NCBI RefSeq assembly: GCF_022045235.1 | Contig: NW_027266271.1 | Location: 15,190,001 to 15,254,000 of the forward strand | Length of the DNA stretch: 64,000 nucleotides | Direction: 5' to 3' | Source of the DNA: Haliotis cracherodii | Lineage: Eukaryota | Part shown: piece by piece, positions 51,837 through 63,800 of the stretch | Layout: every line of letters begins with the position of its first letter | Numbering within the stretch: position 1 is the stretch's first letter | Notes under the pieces: model-generated | Database searches by the model: none | What the model was told of the DNA's origin: nothing | What the model saw: the letters and a program-made list of their open reading frames with translations, nothing else | Position numbers and translations under genes: made by a program

Positions 51837-54800
51837 CGTGCACCGATGTCGTAGATCGATGTTTACGCCTTCAGTGACTAGTGTGCCTGGTCCACACTCC
51901 ATTATTTACAGGCCGTCGTGATGAAGCTGGAATATATTGTGGACTGCGACTTTGAACAATACACAACAAGAAGCGGGCATCACATTGTACGCGTATCGGC
52001 GTCAAACACGGGCCTTATTGTGATGGGCCTCTTCGCGCTATGAAATTCTGAAGCGTGAGAATAGGCTTCAAATGAAAGCAATGAATGTACCAGATGTCAT
52101 GATGTACCGCTCCTTTAATGTATTTTCATTGCTAGCCCACTGAAATACCACGCCGTAGATTAACGTGGATACCCCACTCAGATACAGCATACCGACTCCC
52201 AGCCGTCCAGTCCTTGTTTATCCCCTTAATGCTGAACGCAGGCAGGGTAACAAGAAGAACCATCTTTGAAAGTCTTCTGGTATGACGCAACGGGGATCGA
52301 ACCATCGACTTCCCACTCTCCAAACAGACACTCTATCAACTAGACCACGGAGGCGGTCACCATTTAGAATGTTTAACATTACAACTAAACAGTTTTGTTA
52401 AATACAATTCAAACGAAGCATATCATTTTGAAACTACTCACTCCCGTTACATGTTTTGTTGTCAGCTTCGAGGGTGTAGTCGGTGAGACAGTCACAGATG
52501 AAACCACCGTCCGTGTTGTTGCATTTATGCTGGCAGTCATGGGACTGCTCAAAACATTCATCAATATCTGTAAATAGATTAGTTTGACATGAAGGCTTTT
52601 CAATTGTCATTTCCAAGGCTTTTTAATTGGGTAATTTGCCTTAGTCTGTAAATAGTTTAATAAAAATCCTTCATACTATATATTAGTCGTAAGATCTAAA
52701 ATGCAGTATCACCATCACAAATTTGACAACAAGATAATTTTCACAACCAACAACATAAAATAGGCCTGTCATACATTCTTCATGGTCTTTCGCACACAAG
52801 TCTATCACTGTGAGAAAAAACACTCAAACATCCTTGGTATACATTTTTGCACGTTTTAATACTTTTTTAACAAGTATATATCACTTTGTAGAAATCCAAG
52901 GCTTTTCAAGTCCTAGTTTTGGTGATTTTCAAGGCTTATCAAGCTGGACACTGAACATCTAGGCTTTAGAAGAAGGACCTACAAAATTCAAGGCCTTTTC
53001 AAGCCCGTAACACAGTTGGTTAAGACTGGGTGCCGTATTTCGCTTGGGCAGATCCATTTTTCACCTTCAGTGGTCGCTATATTGCTGAAATAATGCCGAT
53101 GCGACGTTAAATTTTAACTCACTTACTCACACCTTCACTGAACATGTATAAACAGTCGTGTCCTTTGCATGTGATTCTGAAAGTCAATGGTGTTGAACGC
53201 CGCTTTGAAAAGTATTTCAGTTATATCACGGCCTGTCAGCTTTTTTAGAGGAAAACATGAAGTCATTCAGATCTTAGACGTTTTCCACTTCACACTGTTC
53301 CCAGCATTTTTCAGTGAGTATGTTTTTCGCTCTCGAATTTTTCTTTGCTATTACTCTGTACATCATATTAAAGCAACACCACTGCGGGGACCCAATATAG
53401 CCTGATTAGCAATCAAACATGTGACTTCGCCTTGACAAGCCAACGCTTTGACCATTAGACTACTCTCAAACAAGGTGACTTGTCAATTTATATCTGGCTA
53501 ATGACCTTGAATATTTCATTCTTATATATTCCAGGGTATTTCCTAAGTGGGTAAAAGTGTGGTTTTAATCCACATGTTTATAACGGGAACTTACCAACAC
53601 ATTGTTTCTCACTGTTCTTCCTGTAGCCAGTTTCACATATGCAAATATAAGACCCGGGAGTGTCCTCACATCGTGAGTTGGCAGTGCAGTTCTGGCCCTG
53701 TGCACATTCATCAATATCTATAAAGAAATATTTGTATGAAATGTCAGTAGTTGGTGAAGGTAGAAGAATCACTGCGTTGTTATGGAAATAAACGTCAGCA
53801 CTAAAGTCACTCATCTATGTTACCATAGCAGCCATGTCACCTTATTTCAGAGATGCAATAAATCTTCATATATAGTAAATAAGGACCCGCGGTAGATGAG
53901 CTACAGATGAATCATGAGAATTGAACAATCATAGGATTCTGACACGCCAAAGGGACGCAACTATTAAAATATCGCAATGTGGCTCCTTTGGCGCCTGGGC
54001 CACCGCAGTCTGCATTTCACACATGGGACTGAATAGTTCGTGTGTATTTTTATTCTTTTCGCCGCAATATTTAAACTATATGACGGCAGTCTGTAAATAC
54101 CACACAATCCAGTGATTGACATCCTATGCATCGACCCACGCACCTGGGATATGATAACATGCACCGTCCAACACCTACTTTTACACTCTGCGTTGGTGTC
54201 AGAGTCGGATGCATATCCAAGTGAACACGGGGAGCACTTGAAGGGGACACCGCTCTTCGCTTCCTCTTCTGGGTCGACGTCCTGGCACTCGCGGTTGTTG
54301 CATACATTGTCTTCACATCCATTCTTGTCTTCGGAACAGTTTGCACCTGCACAGACAATAATCGTGTTAAAACACCACACTGCTGATTAGGAGTTGAAAC
54401 AACGGTCACGTTCATGTTACTAATAAACAAAGGTTCATAATCAGGGGGATTCTGTAATTGGAATACACGATGAGTGATTCCTACCGAAGCCTTTTTGATA
54501 ATAAGTTGAAATTTAAAGACACATACTAAGTTGAAATTTAAAGACACATACTAAGTTGAAATTTCAAGACAATGAGCCTAAAATTTCAAGGTAATAAGTT
54601 GAAATTTCAAGTTAATATCTTGGAATTTCAACTTATTATCTTGAAACTTCAAGATCATTATCTTTATCAGTACAGGGAGACAGATCGTTATCTTGAAATT
54701 TCAACTAAGTATGTGTCTTGAAATTTCAACAAAACTTAAAAAAAACACACCAAAAAACCCATATGGCCCTAATAGGCTTCGCAGATTCCTGCTACAACCA

Positions 54801-57800
54801 ACAAAGATAAGTCTGCACTACGAATTAACCCATGCTCCCATTTTAAAAAGAATGACAAAAACCGATGGCGTTATTCCTTAATTCCTCTTTCTACTTCACT
54901 ATCCTGTACTCTGTGACGGAAAGAATTCATTCATACAGACACTCGCCTACCTTCCTACTCTTGAATTCTAATATACCAAAATACGCAACAAACAAATACC
55001 AAAAAGTATATAACATAAGAAAAATACATACAAAATAATACCCGAACATTAACATCAAACAACACTATAAGTTGTAGCAGGATCACGAGGGGTACATTGG
55101 GTCTTAAACGTCTCGCGTAAGGTTTTACACCACGAGCCGGTGGCAGAGCATAAGAGATTTAATCACCTCCTGAGAAATCCCCCCACCCTAGGCGGAATCA
55201 CGTGGACCAATCAGATCTCATCATTCTGACATGGAGGTATGATAAAAAGAAATATCACCCCACCACCACCTCACCAAGTCTCACCTGTGTAGCCTGTGTC
55301 GCATGTGCAGTTAACGGTTTGGAAGAGCGCGTCATTCTCAGATGTGGGGAAGACTTCCGGTGTGGAGTAGTCACACGTCCCATTAGGGCCACACCCTCGA
55401 CAGTATCTTATTTCCACTTCAATAACAGGAGAATCGGCTCCATTTACATCTGTAGCGACAATTCTGGAATAATAATGAAAGCAGAATATTCACTAGGCTG
55501 TTCTCTATGACAATGATAATTTTCATCTCGATTGGGAATTCGAAGGACTTTGATCAGGCAAATGGAATTTTTGTTCCAATTTGTGGTCATGAGTCCGCAC
55601 GGTGTATATTCACAGGACAGATAACCAGTAATTCTCATAGCTCGCACATTATAAGTACAAGTACTGAGATGTAGATGATGTATTTTGAAATGGAACATTG
55701 CTTTGACGGCTTTCGGGAAACGTGACAGTTTGTTCGTATTTTAGGCCATATGCATTCATTATAAACATAATGAAATATATTAAGAAATACCATCTAAATC
55801 ATCACCAACCCAACATACTATAACGATATGGGGTGATTGGGGTAGTATGTCGTCAAGACGTCAGTTAAAGTTCGATTCTTTGTATGTGGTTACAATAAGG
55901 TCAAGCCTAGTTGGACTTGCTGCAAGAGTCCCTTTCTAATCCTCTAGTGCTGAAAGGTGTAACTGAGTTTACACCCAATACTTTCCCAATAACTAATGCG
56001 TGAGCACTATCGGCGCTGGTCAAGTCGTTACTATCATTTGAAAACGTGTAAGAAAAAAAACAATGAAATCGTGCGCACTCAAAGTGTTCTTCCCCGTTCC
56101 ACGACGCGATAGTAGCGCTAAGACGATGGAAGCTGTAATACCTTAACACAGACATACTGACACTATTCAAGTTATTCACGTTCATGTCCCATATGGGGGC
56201 ACGGGTGGCCCAGTCGTCTAAGGCGCCGCGATTCGCTGTGCAGAGTTGAGTCCCTTGGGCACGCCAGAAACCTATGATTGTGGGTTCGAATCCCGGTTCG
56301 CCCCAATTATGTTTCTAGGTTTGTCAGCACCATGCTCCCCGTGCTCGTGCTCGTGCTCGTGGGTTTCACTGAAGTGGTAAACGTCTGAGACCTGCATCAC
56401 TTCGGGCTTTCCTCCCACATTAAGCTGACACGCCGTGATATAACTGGAATACTGTTAAAAGCGGCGTTAAACCAAACTCACTCACTCACTCATGTCCCAT
56501 ATCAAATCGAAGTTCCAACATGGATTTTAGTGAAACCAGAACAAGATAATTATCAAGGTAATGGACTTCAAATTAATTCGACTTTACTGTAAAATACAAT
56601 TACGTGATCTTGGTGGGATCGCTGGAGTTGAGTTTCACTCTGGCTTCACCCGAGGTCTCGTTGAGTGTGAAGTCTGACGGCGTGTCACCAACGGTGTAGT
56701 ATTTGACGGTGTCGTTGTCAGCATCGTTCGCCCCGAATGTCAGCTTGACTTCCTGTCCAGCTTCGATGAGGATCTGAGTGGTGCCGGACAGTGTCGGACT
56801 GCGGTTCGCTGATACACATAGCAAGAATAATCTATAACTAATTGTTATTGTTAGTTTCCGTTCATATTATCCAAAGAAGTTAAATATTTAATGTACGATC
56901 CGGTGTACGATACAATCTAAGATCCGATGTACGATACAGTGTACGATCCGGTGTACGATACACGGTACGATCCGGTGTACAATACAATGTACGATCCGGT
57001 GTACAATACGATGTACGATCCGGTGTACAATACAATGTACGATCCAGTGTAGGATACATTGTACGATCCGGTGTACAATACAATGCACGATCCGGTGTAC
57101 GCTACAATATACGATCCGGTGTACGATACAATGTACGATCCGGTGTAGGATACACTGTACGATCCGGTGTACGATACACTGTACGATCCGGTGTACGATC
57201 CGATGTACGATCCGGTGTACAATACAATGTACGATCCGGTGTACGATACACTGTACGATCCGGTGTACAATACAATGTACGATCCGGTGTACAATACCTT
57301 GTATGATCCGGTGTAGGATACATTGTACGATCTGGTGTACGATACAATGTACGATCCGGTGTACAATACAATGTACGATCCGGTGTACAATACACTGTAC
57401 GATCCGGTGTACAATACAATGTACGATCCGGTGTAGGATACATTGTACGATCCGGTGTACGATACAATGTACGATCCGGTGTACAATACAATGTACGATC
57501 CGGTGTAGGATACATTGTACGATCCGGTGTACGATACAATGTACGATACACTGTACGATCCGGTGTACGGTACAGTATACGATCCGTGTACGATACAATG
57601 TACGATCCGATGTACGATACACTGTACGATCCGGTGTTCCATCCAATTCGCGATCCAAAACGTTATCAATTATATCTCGCATATTAAACTGCACACATTG
57701 ATACGAGGAGTGCATGAGTGAGTTAAAATTTAGCGTCCCATCGGCAATATTTCAGCCATATCGTGAAGATAAAATTATACATTAATAACATATATATTAA

Positions 57801-60800
57801 GACGGTATAAATTCATGTCGTCGAAGGACAGTAAAATAACTACTAGATATATACCCAATTTATATCTAAAACTACTAGGTTACCATAACAAAGATTGCGC
57901 TGCACATAACAAGATAAAAAAAACGGGCTATGGATCACCATCAACCAAACCTAGGCCGCCATACTAGGGACCGTAGGGACTGCTACCTGAACGGTTCCCA
58001 AGAGGATTTACACTATCGCTTCAGTTGCTGACGACGATACGCAATTTAGCCATCAATTATTGAACACAAATAAACTACGTTTAAAACTGTGGTTGGAATA
58101 AAGGTACTTTGATTGATATGGTCTAACATATCCTCTCGGAGTTGTTACGTGGGTACTATATCTATCTCATTTTAACATGCAATGGATGTTTTATGAATGT
58201 TTCCATAATGTTTATAGAGTACAACTTGCTATAAGCCTCCAAACGCGATATGTCGCTTTGCAGAGTTGCATCCCTTAGATGTTAGGATCCGCTAGTAATT
58301 GGTTCGACATGTACTCGTGGGTTTCACCAAAGCAGTATACCCCAGGCTACAATCTATCACACATGACGTCTCCCTCACACAATAAGCTGAATAAACGCGA
58401 CAAAACCAATTTCCATAATCAGAAGACCTCTTTGCCGTAAGTCCATTGTACGAGTCCGACTTTATTGTAAGCATGTGTATTTGAAACACTATTACAGTAA
58501 ACTACGTTTATAACGAACACGCTTATAACAAACTGACGGATATAACGATCTTGCTTTTTTGTCCCGACTATTTGCTGTAGTTATGCTGTATATATGCTTG
58601 TAACGAACTACGGTTATAACGAACTAAAATTAGTGGTCCCTTTGAGTTCGTTATAACCGTAGTTTCCTGTAATTAGTGATGAAAAGGTGTTTGCGAAAAG
58701 GTAAGTGTTTACTGTAAAACCCATCACAAAGGGAACATATGGGACAAGTCAAAATAAGGAATTGCATCATACATAATTTTTGTCCATGATGTGTCAAATT
58801 TGAAAATGTCTTCAACATTTCTAGTATAAAACTTTATGATAGCTTTACTGAGGCCTTGAATGCTGTAACCTTTGTAATCAAACACTTTCTGTGCATGAGT
58901 TGTATGACGCTCTTTGAAAGGCCATTGAAAGACCTGCAATCAAATTCCACCTTAGAGTGAGTGACTGAGTATGGTTTTAAGCCGCGGGTGGCATTTTTCG
59001 ATAAACGTCAAGGCGGGATACACCGTAAATGAGTCTCACACCTGGTACCCATGTGAGGAATCGAACCCCGGGTCTAACTCCTATGAAATAAAATTGAACA
59101 AGAGTCGTATGACGCTCTTTTAAATCTTCGTAGAAAGGGCACGTTCGATTGTTTCTCAAACGTTGGGACATGTTGACAGAAAAATTATGGAGCTGCTGAA
59201 ATATTGCTCCACGAACCCTGTGATATAACAGAAGAGCACTTCAATCATCGTTAAACCCAACTCACATAGATATTTAGTGGTGTTTCGTGCTTCCTCTATC
59301 TGGGTGGTAGTTGCTACTGCCAGGTCCTTGTTCCCAGTCACGGCGTAGTCATATATACACTGTGTCTCGTCCTTCCCGCCACACACACCCTCAGCTTCAG
59401 CGCGTGTGTCAGCCGCTATATCCTCCTCAAACAGTGGGGTGTAGCTGCTGTTTGTAAATGTAGCGATATCCTCATACGGACCGTAATGGAGAACAGATTC
59501 AGTCATATTGGTCAAAGCCCCTGGAAAAGAAAAATAGTACCAGTGCATTGTAGGTCACCGGGTATGTAGTAAAAGCCCCTGGAAACGAAAAAAAATTAGT
59601 ACCAGTGCATTGGAGGTCACCGGGTATGTAGTAAAAGCCCCTGGAAACGAAATTTTTTTAGTACCAGTGCATTGGAGGTCACCTGGTATGTAGTAAAAGC
59701 CCCTGGAAACGAAAGATAGTACCATTGCATTGTAGGTCACCGGGTATGTAGTAAAAGCCCCTGGAAACGAAAAAAATTTAGTACCAATGCATTGTAGGTC
59801 ACCTGGTATGAAGTAAAAGCCCCTGGAAACGAAAAAATAGTACCAGTGCATTGTAGGTCACCTGGTATGAAGTAAAAGCCCCTGGAAACGAAACATAGTG
59901 GTGGTGGTAGTTGCTACTGCCAGGTCCTTGTTCCCAGTCACGGCGTAGTCATATATACACTGTGTCTCGTCCTTCCCGCCACACACACCCTCAGCTTCAG
60001 CGCGTGTGTCAGCCGCTATATCCTCCTCAAACAGTGGGGTGTAGCTGCTGTTTGTAAATGTAGCGATATCCTCATACGGACCGTAATGGAGAACAGATTC
60101 AGTCATATTGGTCAAAGCCCCTGGAAACGAAAAATAGTACCAGTGCATTGTAGGTCACCGGGTATGTAGTAAAAGCCCCTGGAAACGAAAAAAAATTAGT
60201 ACCAGTGCATTGGAGGTCACCTGGTATGTAGTAAAAGCCCCTGGAAACGAAAGATAGTACCATTGCATTGTAGGTCACCGGGTATGTAGTAAAAGCCCCT
60301 GGAAACGAAATTTTTTTAGTACCAGTGCATTGGAGGTCACCTGGTATGTAGTAAAAGCCCCTGGAAACGAAAGATAGTACCATTGCATTGTAGGTCACCG
60401 GGTATGTAGTAAAAGCCCCTGGAAACGAAAAAATTTAAGTACCAATGCATTGTAGGTCACCTGGTATGAAGTAAAAGCCCCTGGAAACGAAAAAATAGTA
60501 CCAGTGCATTGTAGGTCACCTGGTATGAAGTAAAAGCCCCTGGAAACGAAACATAGTACCATTGCATTGTAGGACACCTGGTATGTAGTAAAAGCCCCTG
60601 GAAACGAAAGCATGGGTTGCTGAAGATCTATTCTAACCCGGATCTTCAGGGGTCAAATTATAAAATTGACCGAATTTGACATTGATCACCCCCGAACATA
60701 TACGTGGAGCCCGTCAAAAAACTATTTACAAACAACAATTACTCCGGATTCATATTGCTGAGTGCGGCGTTAAACAACAAACAAACAAGGTTTCACTAAG

Positions 60801-63800
60801 ACGGCTGGATACAATAACTGTCATAATAAATTAAGTGTATCATGGAACGTACATGATTGGCCGAATTGGTAGAGAACTTCATCTGTGGAGGTAGCAAGGT
60901 AGGGGGAGCCTGTGGATGATACGAAATCATCAGTGTCGTCTCCGTTATAATTTCCAAGAAGACCTTTAGTTAGACCTCTGTATGTTTCCGGTAAAACGGC
61001 TGACTGGGACAGTGTTCCGGAGATGAGGCTCACGGTCACCACAACATCTGGGGAAACAATTGGGAAACAATGGAGAAACAATGGAGAAACAATAGGGAAA
61101 CAATGGAGAAACAATGGGGAAACACTGGAGAAACAATGGGGAAACAATGGAGAGACTATGGCGAAACAATGGAGAAACAATGGGGAAACAATGGAGAAAC
61201 AATGGGGAAACGATGAAGATCGAACAAAAAGTTAAAAATGGCGGGCAAATATGTGGTACTTTAATGATTTAACGATGGAGCAAATTCAAAACGTCAACGC
61301 GAGAGATGAATCAATCTCGATTATCTTGTTTGTTTGTTTGTTTAACGCCGCACCCCGCAATATCACAGCTATAAGACGGCGGTCTGTATATAATCGAGTC
61401 TGAACCACCTATCTATGAGCATCGATCTATGCAATTGGGATACGATGACAAACATCAACCAAGTCAGCGGGCCTGATCACCCGATCCCGTCAGTCGCCTT
61501 TTACGGCAATCATGGACTGCTGAAAAACTATTCCACCCCGGATCTTCACGTGGTTTGAAATAATACGCTTCTCGCTCCCAGTTGACCGATAATGGGCGAT
61601 ATATACATCGGACATGATCCGACATATGCCTAATTTTCACTCACCATATACAATTTGACAACTCAATTGGAACTAAAAACAAGATATGTATAGATTTTCT
61701 AAGCCTCCTCTTTAGATATTTTTGACAAACGACTGGTACCCAAATATCCAAATCCAAATCTATCGCCCGTGCAATCACGTTTTGCCGGCTGTGATGCCAC
61801 AGTGATTAGCAAGTTATTGTCTCCCCTCCCTAACGTCTTAGACGAGAACGGAAGCTAAGGGGCGGTGCTTATCAGTCGGGACTGGATTGGTCTAGTGTGG
61901 GTAACAGCAAAAAAAAAATAATGGTACTTCCATTTCGTTGACTATATGTTGATTCCGATTTGATTTTTTAAATTAATGTATATACTTATGTGGTTAATCA
62001 ATCAGCCAGTCAATCAATCAAACAACATGTAACCTTACCAATTTGTGGGAAAGCAATTTGAATGTCTGTGTCATTTTCTTTTAATACACTGAGGAAAGGT
62101 GATTGTGTCTGAAAGTCTGGTTCCTGGAACTCCAGGGTCTTGTCAACACCATCTATGTAGATGACCATTTCTGAAACGATATGAATTAAAAAAAACGTCA
62201 ACGCCAGAGAATTATCACTCTCGAATATCGACCGAAACAGATTCCAGAGGGCGTAAGTAGCGAAATAGTGTTGAAAATTATGAGCCTGGATTACTGAAAA
62301 TCAGCGATGACACACAATTTTCGTTAACAAGTAATGCGTCATATTCAATAAATTTCTCTGAATAGGTATAAGGTCACAAAAATAAAATGATACATACTTG
62401 TCCTATTTGTGTTCAGTCCGACATGAACCCGTCCTGTGCCCAGGGTTTCACTCTTCTGCTCAACTGCGAAGGCGGAGAACACAGTGGCCTTGACCTTCTC
62501 CCCTGTTTGCGACTTTGCCTGGGCAGTTCGGCAGTGTAGCTTGAAGGTGAAGGTCTTGTTTTCCAGTTCCATCAACGTGTACTCCCCCAATCCGTTGAAG
62601 GTGTATACCTTGCCGTCCAGTGTCATGAAGTGGGGGTCGCCCGAATTCATGACTGGATATATAATACGTATTCTTTAAACGTGTAACATGCACGTACAGT
62701 TTATAATTGTTTTCACTTATTTATTATGGTCTATAACAGTGTTTGCTTGTGGTTTAACGCCGCACTCAGCAATACTCCGACTTTATGACGGCGGTCTGTA
62801 AATAATCGAGTCTGGACCAGACAATCAGATTGACATCATGAGCATTGATCCACGCAATTGAAATATGATGACATGCATCAAGAAAGTCAGCGAGCCTGAC
62901 CACCCGATCCCGTTAGTCGCCTCTTACGACAAGCATAGTCGCCTTAAACGGCAAGCATGGGTTTGCTGAACACTTATTCTACCCCGGATCTTCACGGGTC
63001 TTTTTAGTTTCAAATAAAAACAAACAAAAAAGAAGTGAGCAAAGCTCACATACCCCCGTTATCCCCGTTGGTCAACAACAAATAGTAAATAGTTTGTTAA
63101 TTAATGAAATATACCTGTTGCATGGTGAAAAAGTTATGGGCCGTACAAAAGCTCGGACGGAAGGACGGACGGACAGACGGAACGCTATATACCCCCGATC
63201 TACTTCGTAAACGGGGGTATAATTAAATACAATAGTTACCTACGATATATTAACATTGCAATTTTAATTCAGATAATAACTGCATGAATCAGGCATAACG
63301 AATAATAACCTAATAATTTAGATATTAAACATAACTGATTATTCGTTTTAACATGTATACAGACACACTATATGATAAACAGTTGAAGACCTTGTTGTTT
63401 ATGCCTATGTCACAGTAATTGGACGTTTTTTATGACACTGGAAAAATGGACAACGACTATTAAAAACTATGAAAAATGCAAGAGTCACCCAAAACACACG
63501 CCAGAACGCAACCAGTGGTTTGGCACATGCACGTGCAATACTCGAAAAGTAGAAGTCAACATATTCAATGTGGGTAGAATATGGTTAATTCCAGATGCAA
63601 CTGAGATGCACTCTTGAAAGTTGAAAATTTTAACGTTTTTGAAAACTGTTATCGCTTATAATCTGTGTGACCACCCAAAAAGTACGGTAAAGGGGGTTTC
63701 ACTGTTCAAATGGGCGTTAATCTCAACTCACTCACTCACAACAAACTTACATCGGATAGCCCTGGGTATTTCCCATGAACAGCTTGACATAGGTCTGAGA

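Noticed and set aside
56195-56305. tRNA gene (Leu-like) and other tRNA-like heads
   Set aside because: They are SINE heads with body, tail and TSD; no proper cloverleaf.
56880-57721. Long low-complexity ORFs ([16 protein letters not shown])
   Set aside because: Open frames of a stop-poor 24-bp repeat.
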